Shown piece by piece: positions 1 through 9,899 of a DNA stretch of 64,000 nt. Origin of the DNA: an uncultured Alphaproteobacteria bacterium. GTDB taxonomy: Bacteria > Pseudomonadota > Alphaproteobacteria > CAAHEQ01 > UBA3637. Where the stretch lies: the NCBI GenBank assembly GCA_949286245.1, contig CASECF010000015.1, positions 2,804 to 66,803 of the forward strand. Reading direction: 5' to 3'. The notes under the pieces are model-generated. The model had not been told where the DNA came from and ran no database searches. It saw only the letters and a program-made list of their open reading frames with translations. Position numbers and translations under genes: made by a program. How positions within the stretch are numbered: position 1 is the stretch's first letter; every line of letters begins with the position of its first letter.

Positions 1-300
1 TCAATTTTTCGAGAGAAGAAGAACGTGAGCGATCTTAAAGATTTTTTGATGTGGAGATTTTTCTCTCCCACTTGGAACATCATCAGGTGGTTGTGGCGTC
101 AGAACTGAATAAAATGCTCGGTTTCAATTTTTCGAGAGAAGAGGAGCGTGAGCGATCTTAAAGATTTTTTTTGATGTGGAGATTTTTCTCTCCCACTTAA
201 AACATCATCAGGTGATTGTGGAGTCAGAACTGAATAAAATGCTCGGTTTCAATTTTTCGAGAGAAGAAGAACGTGAGCGATCTTAAAGATTTTTTGATAT
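1..300. repeat. Tandem repeat array with unit about 123-125 bp, about 2.4 copies in the window (units start at 1, 124 and 249; the third is truncated). The array may continue upstream of the window.
   Basis: Direct reading: the string 'tcaatttttcgagagaaga[a/g]ga[a/g]cgtgagcgatcttaaagatttttt...ctgaataaaatgctcggt' recurs at 1, 124 and 249 with a few substitutions and indels. No interspersed unique spacers. Confidence 0.85.
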
Positions 301-637
301 CTGAAGAATGTGGTCGGTTGATTAAAAGGAAGGGCTAAAGGTGAATGAAACCAATATTATTGAAACAAGACTTTCTTTTGGTGCCCAAGGTTAAAATTTA
401 AGAAAAAACCTTCTTTCGCTTGTGTCTTTTGATGGAGTAGGGGTGGATTTTTTTTTGAAAAGTTTTTATTTTTGTTCCATGCAAATAAAATCTCTTGACT
501 TTTGAAGAAAAAAAAAGTATAAGAAAGAACCTTTTGTTTTTTAAACGGGTGAGAACTGTTCAATAATAAGGGCTGAGACAAAAACAGGGGAGTGATTGTT
601 TGTTTTTGTCATTGGCCGTGGTACAAGGAGAAGTCAA

Positions 638-772
638 ATGAAACGCACATATCAACCAAGTAAGCTGGTTCGTACACGCCGTCACGGATTCCGTGCCAGA
701 ATGGCAACAGTCGGCGGACGTAGAGTTTTAAATGCTCGTCGCCGTAAGGGACGTAAGTATTTGAGTGCTTAG
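638..772 (+). CDS. rpmH: 50S ribosomal protein L34
   Basis: ATG at 638 preceded by AAGGAGAAG. The 44-aa product [44 protein letters not shown] is the canonical L34 sequence. Shorter than the 60-aa cutoff of the ORF track. Confidence 0.95.
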   Translation: MKRTYQPSKLVRTRRHGFRARMATVGGRRVLNARRRKGRKYLSA

Positions 773-852
773 TACAAACTGAAGAGATAAATATGGTGTT
801 TATTTCTTAAAGGGACATTTTTGATTGTCCCTTTTTTAGTGAGAAGAAGTTT

Positions 853-1320
853 ATGGCCTTTCAATTAGAACGAATCAAAAAACGAAAATATTTTATGGCG
901 GCTGCCGCCAGTGGCTTGAAAGCCGTCTCCGGTGGCTTAATTCTTCAAGCTTCTCCTAATTTGTTGCCGGATAATCCGACCAGAGTCGGATTTACGACAA
1001 CTAAAAAATTGGGTCATGCCGTTATACGTAATCGTATTCGAAGACGTTTAAGAGAGGTGGTTCGCCTGAATTTCGGATCTAAAGGATTAGCTGGATTCGA
1101 TTATGTTGTTATCGGGAGAAAATCTTCTTTGGATAAAAATTTTTTAGATCTTTGCCAAGATTTGAATCAGGCCCTAAAAATGATTCGGCAACAGGTAGAG
1201 CAAGCTCAATCTTCGGGACAAAAAATCGGTGGTCAGGATGCTTTTATGAAGCAGGCAATGAGTAAAAAAAAGAAAGCGAAACGACGATTTTTGAAAAATC
1301 TTAAGAATAAAAATCAATAA
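853..1320 (+). CDS. rnpA: Ribonuclease P protein component (RnpA) with a lysine-rich C-terminal extension
   Basis: Sits downstream of rpmH in the conserved order. The arginine-rich RnpA core motif RNRIRRRLRE is present, and the 'KKRKYF...ILQAS' N-terminal pattern is typical of RnpA. Confidence 0.85.
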   Translation: MAFQLERIKKRKYFMAAAASGLKAVSGGLILQASPNLLPDNPTRVGFTTTKKLGHAVIRNRIRRRLREVVRLNFGSKGLAGFDYVVIGRKSSLDKNFLDLCQDLNQALKMIRQQVEQAQSSGQKIGGQDAFMKQAMSKKKKAKRRFLKNLKNKNQ

Positions 1321-1540
1321 AAAATGTATGATAAAATCTTTTAAAAAATAAAATAAGGCGAGTGATTAAGCTAAAATGGTTTTATTAAAATTGACTTTTA
1401 TCTCTCTTGAAAATTGAATGATCTGAAAAATTTTTGAGTGGTGATGCGGGGACATATTCGCTGAATTTAAGGATCGAAAAATGTGTTGTTGGAGGAGGGA
1501 TTGTGAAAGACTTGATTTTTAAAATCTGCATAAAAGAGGT

Positions 1541-1852
1541 GTGATGAAAAGATCTTTGTGGAAATTATATCAAAAAATCTTTATAAGCGGGATAAAAACT
1601 CTCCTGTTGCTTCTTATTCGTCTCTATCAGCTCTTTATTTCGCCTTTAAAAACCCCCTGTTGTCGCTTTAGACCGACTTGTTCGGAATATGCTCGTGAAG
1701 CTTTTTTGTTGCATGGACCGATAAAAGGTGCTATCTTGTCCGCCAAACGAATATTGCGATGTCATCCGTGGGGCGGATGGGGATATGATCCCGTTCCTAA
1801 GCCAATTCCTCACAAAAAGAAACGGAATATTTTGAAGATAAAAAATAAATGA
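1541..1852 (+). CDS. yidD: Membrane protein insertion efficiency factor YidD
   Basis: Motif [23 protein letters not shown]...[14 protein letters not shown] matches the YidD family. Position between rnpA and yidC. Confidence 0.9.
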   Translation: MMKRSLWKLYQKIFISGIKTLLLLLIRLYQLFISPLKTPCCRFRPTCSEYAREAFLLHGPIKGAILSAKRILRCHPWGGWGYDPVPKPIPHKKKRNILKIKNK

Positions 1853-1882
1853 ACTTGTTCAGTGCTTGTAAAAGGAAGAAAA

Positions 1883-3565
1883 ATGACAAAAAAAATGGAT
1901 GATTTTAAAGAAGAACAGCGAAATTTACTTTTGGCTCTTTTGTTAATTTTGGTGGCCTTATTCGCATTTGATTGGGTCTTCCCCTCTCAAAAATCAGAGG
2001 TTGTTTCGGTTCCCGTTACGTCTCCCGATCCGTTACCGGAAACGGTCGCTCAAGAGGCGGTGATGACCGATTCTTCAAAAGAAAAAAATGATCCGGTTTC
2101 TTTGGAACTCTCTGAAAAAGATCTTTCCGTCCCGATGGAAAATCCCTTGATTCGCGGTTCTTTTGATATTTCAAACGGTGGAATTAATGCTCTTTCTTTA
2201 TCGACATACAAGGAAACGACTGCACCTGATAGTCCAAATGTTGTCTTGTTAAATAAAGACTTTTACACGCAATTTTCATGGATGAGCTCCAATGCCGTTA
2301 TGCCGGTTGTCGGAGATCAATGGAAGGCTTCAACATCGGATTTGACACCGGAAACGCCGCTCGTTTTGACGTTTGAAAATCAAGATATTAAAATTGAGCG
2401 AACCATCTCTATGGATGAGGCGTATATGATTACAATGACGGATCGTTTGACCAATTTGAAAGAAACTCCTGTTTTTGTTTCATTGACGGGACAAATTGTG
2501 AGAGCCATTGATCATGCTAAACCGCTTTCGACCGTTCATGAAGGATTTACGGGTGTTTTAAATGGTCGCTTGGAGGAAGAAAAATACGCTGATGTTCAAG
2601 ATGATGGCTTTTTTAAAGAAACAACGGGTGGTTGGTTTGGATTGACGGATAAATATTGGCAGACAATTTTGATTTTGGATCAAGCTCAAAAAGTGAATGT
2701 GTCTTTTGTCCATTTGAAAGATAATTGGTTTAAAGCCTCTTTTGAAACGGCAGGGATGCAGATTGAACCTCGTCAAACGATTACGCAAACAACCAGAACT
2801 TTCGCCGGTGCTAAAGATATAGATCTTATCAATGATTATCAGGAAAAATTGGGTATTCCGAGATTTGATTTAAGTATTGATTTCGGCTGGTTCTATTTCC
2901 TAACAAAACCTTTCTTGGCCTTTTTGAACTGGCTCTATGGTTTGTTAGGCAATATGGGACTTGCGATTTTGGTCTTTGCGACTCTCATTCGAATTGCTTT
3001 GTTGCCGATTGCAACAAAATCATATGAAAGTATGGCAAAAATGCGCAAATTCCAACCCAAGATGAAAGCTTTACAGGAGCGTTTTAAAGATGATCGACAA
3101 AGACTTCAAATTGAAATGATGAATTTGTATAAACGAGAGAAGGTTAATCCGGCTTCCGGTTGCCTTCCGCTTTTAATTCAGATTCCTATTTTCTTTGCCC
3201 TTTATAAGGTTTTGTCTGTCTCGTTGGATATGCGTCAGGCTCCCTTCTTTGGTTGGATACATGACCTGTCTGTTCCGGATCCGTCCTCTGTCTTCACCTT
3301 GTTCGGATATATGCCGTGGCCTATTCCGTCTTTCCTCAATTTAGGTGTTTGGCCGATTTTGATGGGCGTGACTATGTATGTGCAACAAAAATTAAATCCG
3401 GCTCCTACAGATCCCTCTCAAGCAGCCGTTCTCAAATGGATGCCTGTTATTTTTACGTTTATGTTGGGAAATTTTGCTGCCGGATTGGTTATTTATTGGA
3501 CCTGGAGCAATATTCTCTCGATCGCTCAACAAAAATACATTATGAAAAAGGTAGGAGTGGATTAA
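1883..3565 (+). CDS. yidC: Membrane protein insertase YidC
   Basis: About 560 aa. N-terminal TM anchor, large periplasmic domain and a C-terminal 5-TM core with the conserved 'LLPIATKSYESMAKMRKFQPKMKALQERFKDD' region. The start was moved to the ATG at 1883 (AAGGAAG RBS); the ORF track opens at 1862. Confidence 0.9.
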   Translation: MTKKMDDFKEEQRNLLLALLLILVALFAFDWVFPSQKSEVVSVPVTSPDPLPETVAQEAVMTDSSKEKNDPVSLELSEKDLSVPMENPLIRGSFDISNGGINALSLSTYKETTAPDSPNVVLLNKDFYTQFSWMSSNAVMPVVGDQWKASTSDLTPETPLVLTFENQDIKIERTISMDEAYMITMTDRLTNLKETPVFVSLTGQIVRAIDHAKPLSTVHEGFTGVLNGRLEEEKYADVQDDGFFKETTGGWFGLTDKYWQTILILDQAQKVNVSFVHLKDNWFKASFETAGMQIEPRQTITQTTRTFAGAKDIDLINDYQEKLGIPRFDLSIDFGWFYFLTKPFLAFLNWLYGLLGNMGLAILVFATLIRIALLPIATKSYESMAKMRKFQPKMKALQERFKDDRQRLQIEMMNLYKREKVNPASGCLPLLIQIPIFFALYKVLSVSLDMRQAPFFGWIHDLSVPDPSSVFTLFGYMPWPIPSFLNLGVWPILMGVTMYVQQKLNPAPTDPSQAAVLKWMPVIFTFMLGNFAAGLVIYWTWSNILSIAQQKYIMKKVGVD

Positions 3566-4219
3566 ATGTCCTCACAGTCTTTGCATGAATTGACACAGAG
3601 CCTTGTGGAAGACGGTAATGCGCTTTTTAAAAACGGAGCCGTTTTCTCTCAAGGAGTGGCTCTTGTTCAGCAGTTGCCACAAGGAGATCAAGATGAATTT
3701 GCGTTTGCCGGTCGATCTAATGTGGGAAAATCCAGTTTGATCAACGCCGTCACCGGAGTTAAGGGATTGGCTAGAACATCCAACACTCCCGGTCGAACAC
3801 AGGAGCTTAATTTTTTTCATGTGAATGAATCCTTTTTTATTGTTGATTTGCCGGGGTACGGATATGCTCAAGCTCCGGAAAAAACCGTTCAATCTTGGAC
3901 ACGTCTGATTCATGATTACTTAAGAGGTCGTGTTCAATTAAAGCGAGTTTTCTTGTTGATTGATAGCCGGCATGGAATTAAAAAAGTAGATGAAAATATT
4001 ATGAAAATGCTTGATACGGCTGCGGTTAGTTATCAGATCGTTTTGACAAAAATCGATAAAATTACCGCTCGACAAATAGAAGAAGTTTTTCATAAAACGA
4101 AAGAAATTGCCAAAACTCACGTCGCTTGTTATCCGGAAATCCTTCTGACCAGCTCGGAAAAAAAGAAAGGAATCGATCTGGTGCGAGCTCAATTTGTTAA
4201 GGTTTTGAACAAATTATAA
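3566..4219 (+). CDS. engB: Ribosome biogenesis GTP-binding protein EngB/YsxC/YihA
   Basis: G1 motif AGRSNVGKSSLINA and DLPGYGYA. About 215 aa. Immediately follows yidC, as in alphaproteobacteria. Confidence 0.9.
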   Translation: MSSQSLHELTQSLVEDGNALFKNGAVFSQGVALVQQLPQGDQDEFAFAGRSNVGKSSLINAVTGVKGLARTSNTPGRTQELNFFHVNESFFIVDLPGYGYAQAPEKTVQSWTRLIHDYLRGRVQLKRVFLLIDSRHGIKKVDENIMKMLDTAAVSYQIVLTKIDKITARQIEEVFHKTKEIAKTHVACYPEILLTSSEKKKGIDLVRAQFVKVLNKL

Positions 4220-4307
4220 AATTTATAATTTTTAAAGTCGGTAGATAAATGAAGCGACTGATGGTGATCGGAAAATTTAAAAAAGCTTATTGAAAGGGAG
4301 TTAAAAG

Positions 4308-5642
4308 ATGAATGAAACACCTTCTTATTGCTTAACGGACACAATTTACGCCCTTTCTTCCGGAATGGGAAAGGGAGGTGTGGCTGTTATTCGTATTTCC
4401 GGTTCGAACAGTTTGAGTCTTTTGAAAAATTTAACGGGATTAGAAAATCCGATCCCTCGATATGCCTATTTTCGAACATTAAGAGATTCGGAAAAAAATG
4501 TTTTGGACCATGCACTTTGTTTGTATTTTAAGGCTCCTCACAGTTTTACCGGAGAAGATGTCGTTGAATTGCAAGTTCATGGCGGACGGAGTGTTATCAA
4601 TCGAATTTTCTCTGTTTTATCAACGTTTCCTTCTTGTCGGCCAGCCGAAAGAGGCGAATTTTCAAGACGAGCCGTTATTAACGGAAAAATGGATTTAACA
4701 GAAGCAGAAGGGCTTATGGATTTTATTGATGCTCAAACAGAGCAACAACGTCGTCAGGCTCTTTTTCAAATGGAAGGTAATTTAGGACGCCTTTATGAAA
4801 AATGGCGTCGAAACTTGATGCATCATATGGCCTATCTGGAAGCTTTTATTGATTTTCCTGAAGAAGATATTCCGCCTGAAAAATATCTCCAAATAAACCA
4901 TGATATTGAAAATCTTATTTCACAAATACAGACCCATCTGAATGATCAACACAAGGGGCAACGATTGCGAGACGGCTTTCAGATCGCTTTGGTCGGAAAA
5001 CCAAATGCCGGTAAATCCAGCCTGATTAATGCTCTTTCCCAAAAAGAGGTTGCTATTGTTTCTCAAACAGCCGGAACGACACGAGATGTTGTTGAGGTGC
5101 ATTTGGATGTGGATGGATTTCCTGTCATTTTAGCCGATACAGCCGGATTAAGGGAGGCTCATGAAGAAATTGAGGCCGAGGGAATCAGGCGTGCCGTAAA
5201 AAAAGCAAAAGAGGCTGATTTGATTTTGTTGGTTCGTGATTTAACTGACCCTTCTGAAAGTGATACGGTTCCGGCGGATTTAAAAAATGAATCGGTTATT
5301 TCGATTTGGAATAAGTCCGATTTATATCAGGGGCTCCCTAAAAACGGTCTGGCTTTAAGTGCGAAAACGGGAGAGGGATTGGATACTTTGTGGGATCTCA
5401 TTAAACAGAAACTACAAGAAACATTTTCTTTTAAATCGGAAGGGGTTATTACCCGTGAACGATATCGAGTGGCTCTTAAAGAGTGCCTTTTCTCTCTTCA
5501 GCATTCTTTAAAAACAGAGGAGTTGGAGCTAAAGGCCGAGGATTTAAGATTAGCAGCCAGAGCGTTGGGGCGCATTACCGGTCGAATTGAAACGGATGAT
5601 TTGCTGGATATTATTTTTCGGGATTTTTGTATCGGGAAATAA
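4308..5642 (+). CDS. mnmE: tRNA modification GTPase MnmE (TrmE)
   Basis: N-terminal 'DTIYALSSGMGKGGVAVIRISG', G-domain GKPNAGKSSLINAL and DTAG, and the C-terminal CIGK motif. Confidence 0.95.
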   Translation: MNETPSYCLTDTIYALSSGMGKGGVAVIRISGSNSLSLLKNLTGLENPIPRYAYFRTLRDSEKNVLDHALCLYFKAPHSFTGEDVVELQVHGGRSVINRIFSVLSTFPSCRPAERGEFSRRAVINGKMDLTEAEGLMDFIDAQTEQQRRQALFQMEGNLGRLYEKWRRNLMHHMAYLEAFIDFPEEDIPPEKYLQINHDIENLISQIQTHLNDQHKGQRLRDGFQIALVGKPNAGKSSLINALSQKEVAIVSQTAGTTRDVVEVHLDVDGFPVILADTAGLREAHEEIEAEGIRRAVKKAKEADLILLVRDLTDPSESDTVPADLKNESVISIWNKSDLYQGLPKNGLALSAKTGEGLDTLWDLIKQKLQETFSFKSEGVITRERYRVALKECLFSLQHSLKTEELELKAEDLRLAARALGRITGRIETDDLLDIIFRDFCIGK

Positions 5643-5878
5643 AAAAATTTGGGATTACAATTTAAAATTTGTAGAAAATAAAAATCATTTTTAGGGTGAA
5701 AAGCTTATATTGATATTTTGGTGACTGTTTACAAGACATTTTTATTTCGTATTCCCTTTTATCTGTTTGGACGAAATCATGAAAGAAAAACTAAAAAAGA
5801 CTTGAAATTTTTTGGAAAAAGAATACAATTTTTGACAATCTTTTTATTATTTATGATCCATTAAAATTGAGTGGCCGA

Positions 5879-7726
5879 ATGAAAAAAACATATGATGTTA
5901 TTGTTGTCGGTGGGGGGCATGCCGGATGTGAGGCTTGTGCAGCTGCCGCAAGAACCGGTGCTGAGACTCTTCTGATTACGCACCATAGATCTACAATTGC
6001 CGATATGTCTTGTAATCCGGCTATTGGGGGGCTTGGAAAGGGAACCCTTGTTCGTGAAATAGATGCGCTGGATGGTGTGATGGCTCGTGTGATTGATGAA
6101 ACGGGACTTCAATTTAGAATTCTAAATCAGTCAAAAGGACCTGCCGTTCAAGGCCCTCGTGCGCAAGCGGATAAACCCCTTTACAGCCAAAAAATGCAAG
6201 AAATTCTCTCTGATTATGAACATCTGAGTATTCAAGAGGGATCGGTTGACGGGTTGCTATGGGAACAAGATCAAATTTTGGGCGTTGTTGTTGATCAAGA
6301 GCCGATATATGCCAGATGCGTTATTTTAACGACAGGAACCTTCTTAAACGGAATCATGCATGTCGGTCCCGAACAAACATCGGGAGGACGATATGGTGAG
6401 AAAGCTTCTTTTGGAATTACAAAAGATTTAATTCAAATGGGTTTTAATGTCGGACGCCTTAAAACAGGAACACCCGCTCGCTTGGATCGAGATACCATAG
6501 ATTGGTCACAGTGTGAACGACAAGACGGTGATAATCCCCCAAAACCCTTCTCTTTTTTGACAACACACTTTAATCCGAAACAAGTTCCGTGTTTTATTAC
6601 TCACACAACGCTTAAAACACATCAAATTATTTTAGATAATTTAGATCGTGCGCCTTTATATTCGGGGCAAATTAAATCCATCGGCCCCAGATATTGCCCC
6701 AGTATTGAGGATAAGTTGGTTCGATTCGCCGGTCGAGAATCTCATCATATTTTCTTGGAACCCGAAACACGTGACGGAAACAGTATTTATCCAAACGGTA
6801 TTTCTACCTCTTTGCCTAAAGATGTTCAGGAGGCTTTTTTACGCACGATCCCCGGATTGGAAAAAGTTAAAATTTTGAGATATGCTTATGCCATAGAATA
6901 TGATTTTGTGGATCCGAGGGAACTCAAAACAACTTTGGAAACAAAAAAAGTTAAAGGTCTTTATTTGGCCGGTCAAATTAACGGAACAACCGGCTATGAA
7001 GAAGCTGCCGGTCAGGGACTTGTGGCCGGTGTGAATGCCGCCTTAAATGCTTTGGATACTGACCGAGCCTTGGTTTTTGATCGGGCGGAAAGTTATTTAG
7101 GTGTTATGATTGATGATATTACAACATTAGGTGTGGATGAACCCTACCGTCTTTTTACTTCACGAGCGGAATATCGATTAAGTATGCGTGCGGATAATGC
7201 CGATTTGAGATTAACTCAAAAAGGAATCGATTGTGGATGTGTCCAATCAAATCGAGCAACAATCTTTCGAGAAAAAAATCACTTGTTGACAGAAGCTCGC
7301 TCGCTTGTTCAATCACTTTCTCATACCCCTAAAGAATTGAACCGACTTGGATTTAATGTCAATGCAGACGGACAAAAACGGACCCCGTTTGATTTGCTCT
7401 CATATCAGGGGGTCACTTGGAATGATTTGGTTCGGGCTTGGCCGAATTTGGGAAAAATTCGAACAGATGTGGCTGAACAGTTGGAAATTGAGGGACGTTA
7501 TCAGGGATATTTGATCCGTCAGCGAGTGGATATTGAGGCTTTTCGAAAAGATGAGGCCTTGCGTATTCCCTTTGAAACGGATTATCGACACATCGGAGGC
7601 CTTTCCAATGAAGTCATCGGACGCTTGACAAAAACACGACCCGAGACAATCGGGGCTATGATGCGAATGACCGGAATTACGCCGGCTGCCGTGACGGCTG
7701 TTATTGCTTTTTTGAAAAAAAAGTAA
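5879..7726 (+). CDS. mnmG: tRNA uridine 5-carboxymethylaminomethyl modification enzyme MnmG (GidA)
   Basis: FAD-binding '[15 protein letters not shown]' and '[11 protein letters not shown]'. 615 aa. Follows mnmE. The ATG at 5879 is preferred over the TTG at 5867. Confidence 0.95.
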   Translation: MKKTYDVIVVGGGHAGCEACAAAARTGAETLLITHHRSTIADMSCNPAIGGLGKGTLVREIDALDGVMARVIDETGLQFRILNQSKGPAVQGPRAQADKPLYSQKMQEILSDYEHLSIQEGSVDGLLWEQDQILGVVVDQEPIYARCVILTTGTFLNGIMHVGPEQTSGGRYGEKASFGITKDLIQMGFNVGRLKTGTPARLDRDTIDWSQCERQDGDNPPKPFSFLTTHFNPKQVPCFITHTTLKTHQIILDNLDRAPLYSGQIKSIGPRYCPSIEDKLVRFAGRESHHIFLEPETRDGNSIYPNGISTSLPKDVQEAFLRTIPGLEKVKILRYAYAIEYDFVDPRELKTTLETKKVKGLYLAGQINGTTGYEEAAGQGLVAGVNAALNALDTDRALVFDRAESYLGVMIDDITTLGVDEPYRLFTSRAEYRLSMRADNADLRLTQKGIDCGCVQSNRATIFREKNHLLTEARSLVQSLSHTPKELNRLGFNVNADGQKRTPFDLLSYQGVTWNDLVRAWPNLGKIRTDVAEQLEIEGRYQGYLIRQRVDIEAFRKDEALRIPFETDYRHIGGLSNEVIGRLTKTRPETIGAMMRMTGITPAAVTAVIAFLKKK

Positions 7727-7859
7727 ATTGCTTGGGACAAAATCTTTCAAAACGTATTGGGTATATCCGACAGATCTAATGTCTGAGCTTTGTCTGAAAA
7801 CTCAGGAATATTGAAAAAATCTATTTCGAAAATCACCCACTGTTCTGTATCAAACAAAT

Positions 7860-8951
7860 CTATTCTTCTGTATCAAATAAAGAAGGAATTTGATCAAGAA
7901 GCTTTGTGAGCTCTTCTTGGAGGGTCGGATCATTTGCGGATAAGGTTTGAATCAGATCGCCCTTGTCATTAAAAATATGAACCTCTCCGATCGGTAAACC
8001 GTTTTCGCTTTGCATACGAACCCGAATTTGCCCATTTGGATAAAATAAAAGTTGTTCTCCGTTCGCTTGTCCGTTTCGGCGAAGAGATTTTGTCATCGGA
8101 CGACCCTTCTTATCGTAAGTTATGTCCTCTCCTTCTACCTGACCGTTTTGATAAAAACGTTCAAAGGATTTGGATCCGTTTTCGTAATATCCTGTTTCTT
8201 CTCCTTCTTTTTTACCGTTTTTGAAAAAGGCTTCATATCTAAGCTTTCCGTTATTATCATAGGCTTTAAAGGGCCCGTTTAATTTCCCTTTTTGATAATT
8301 CGCTTCTCGAATAAGAACTCCTTGCTCATTGTATTCACGGGAAAAACCGTTTTGTTGATTTTCCACATATTGAAGTTCTTGATACAGCTTTCCTGAGGGG
8401 TAATATGTTTGGACAATTCCGACAATGTGATCATCTTTCATGGGTATCTTTTGTACAATCGTTCCGTTTTCGTCATATCGAACCATGAGCCCTGTCGCTT
8501 TTCCGTTTTGAAGCGTGACTTCTTGGGCTTTCCGACCCGAAGGATAGTAGGCGATGGATTGACCCGAAAAAATCCCATCAACGAGTGATGCTTGTAAAAA
8601 AATATGGTTATTTTCATCTCGTTTAATCAGCTCCCCTGTCGCAAGAGTGCCTTCTTTTGTGTAATATTTTCCATCTTGAAGCGTCAATTCCTCCGACTCA
8701 TAAACAGAAAAAAAAGGTCGTTTGGGACCGGCTTTTTCCGAAGAAACTTGATTTTGTGCATAAATTGACGGAGTGTTTAAAACTATTCCGAGTAAAATAC
8801 AACATGAAAAAAAAACTAGGAATCTTTTCGGATTAAGAGAAAATAACTGATATGAAATGTGTTTTTTTGCCGATTTTTGAGAAGAGATATTTGTTTCTTT
8901 TAGCTTGAACATTTCGGATCCTTTTGAAAATGGTGTGTATAATTTTATCAA
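7860..8951 (-). CDS. Secreted/membrane-anchored MORN-repeat-variant (MORN_2, YwqK-like) protein. Alternative start at 8912.
   Basis: Hydrophobic N-terminal segment FLVFFSCCILLGIVLNTPSIYAQ. Repeated about 23-aa units of the form 'YYxNGxLxxExxYxNGxxxGxxxxY'. Confidence 0.75.
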   Translation of the reverse strand: MIKLYTPFSKGSEMFKLKETNISSQKSAKKHISYQLFSLNPKRFLVFFSCCILLGIVLNTPSIYAQNQVSSEKAGPKRPFFSVYESEELTLQDGKYYTKEGTLATGELIKRDENNHIFLQASLVDGIFSGQSIAYYPSGRKAQEVTLQNGKATGLMVRYDENGTIVQKIPMKDDHIVGIVQTYYPSGKLYQELQYVENQQNGFSREYNEQGVLIREANYQKGKLNGPFKAYDNNGKLRYEAFFKNGKKEGEETGYYENGSKSFERFYQNGQVEGEDITYDKKGRPMTKSLRRNGQANGEQLLFYPNGQIRVRMQSENGLPIGEVHIFNDKGDLIQTLSANDPTLQEELTKLLDQIPSLFDTEE

Positions 8952-9211
8952 TTTTTCTTAGTTTATCTTAAAATAATTTGCGTTTCAATCTTTATTTAAC
9001 AGCTTTTTGTTTAAGAAAAAAATTCTATGCTCTTGACAATCTCATTAAAAAAACACAACTAAAGAGTGTATTTTAAATTGCTTGCTCTTTTAAGTTGATA
9101 TCGGGGGACGTATGATCGGTAAAATTTTGGTCTTGATGGCCTGTTGTATTCTTTTGTTGATATATTCAGGCTATCAGCTTGTTTTTTTTATTATACGAGG
9201 AGGAAAATCTG

Positions 9212-9478
9212 ATGCGCATTGATAGGGATCATGATAATAAAATTATTCCTCAGGAAAGGTGGTTATTAAAACAAAAAATGCATGAATCTTGGCGTGAAAT
9301 ACCTGTGTCGATCAAGCGGTTGGCGTTGGAAGTTAAAAAGGTTAAATTAAAATACTTAAAAAAACTTGAAGATTGGTCTAAAAACAATGGGCATGAAGCA
9401 TTACTGCATCTTTTTTCTCGTCAGATTTCCTGTCTTGAGAAGAAAATTGAGCAGGCAGAACAAGAATTAAAGAAATAA
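9212..9478 (+). CDS. Small hypothetical coiled-coil protein (88 aa)
   Basis: Strong RBS GAGGAGGA 5 nt upstream of the ATG at 9212. Followed 10 nt later by the LuxR-type gene, so an operon is likely. No recognisable domain. Confidence 0.5.
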   Translation: MRIDRDHDNKIIPQERWLLKQKMHESWREIPVSIKRLALEVKKVKLKYLKKLEDWSKNNGHEALLHLFSRQISCLEKKIEQAEQELKK

Positions 9479-9488
9479 AGGGGGATTT

Positions 9489-9731
9489 ATGGAAAATGGA
9501 GCATTGTATCGAAAAGAGAATTACGATCTTGGAAACGGCGTTTTTTTGTCCGAAAGGCAGGTAAGCGTTCTGAAACAGTTGGGGCTTGGGCTTTCTAATA
9601 AACAAATTGCCCATAATCTGGGCGTTGCCGAGCCCACAATTAAAATGCATGTGAGTTCGTTATTAAGAGCATTTCACGTTCAAAATCGTGTTCAGATTTT
9701 ACTTAAGGCGAAGGAGATGGGGTTTATCTGA
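9489..9731 (+). CDS. LuxR/GerE-family helix-turn-helix transcriptional regulator (HTH-only, 80 aa)
   Basis: C-terminal 'LSERQVSVLKQLGLGLSNKQIAHNLGVAEPTIKMHVSSLLRAFHVQNRVQ' matches the LuxR-type HTH signature. RBS AAGGGGGA. Confidence 0.75.
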   Translation: MENGALYRKENYDLGNGVFLSERQVSVLKQLGLGLSNKQIAHNLGVAEPTIKMHVSSLLRAFHVQNRVQILLKAKEMGFI

Positions 9732-9899
9732 GCAAATAGAAAATTTTTTGAAAATACCTGACTTTATAAATGTTTTTTAATTGTATCTCAAATTTAATTT
9801 ATAAAAAAATTGATTTTTGGGGCCGGTTTTGATACTCTTTTGAGAGTAAAAATTTTTTAGACTCTAAAAGAGGATTTTGACACAGTGCGTGTAGATGGG

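Noticed and set aside
1-300. Possible CRISPR array
   Set aside because: The units are about 123 bp and abut directly, with no unique spacers. That is far too long and has the wrong architecture for CRISPR repeats.
357-581. 74-aa minus-strand ORF in the rpmH leader
   Set aside because: Low-complexity A/T-rich sequence with a K/F-rich product and no RBS. It is most likely a non-coding leader or promoter region.
2558-5102. Short antisense or alternate-frame ORFs inside yidC, engB and mnmE (for example 2558-2788, 3572-3913, 3938-4192, 4328-4531, 4920-5102)
   Set aside because: They are fully embedded in strongly supported conserved genes. These are typical shadow ORFs.
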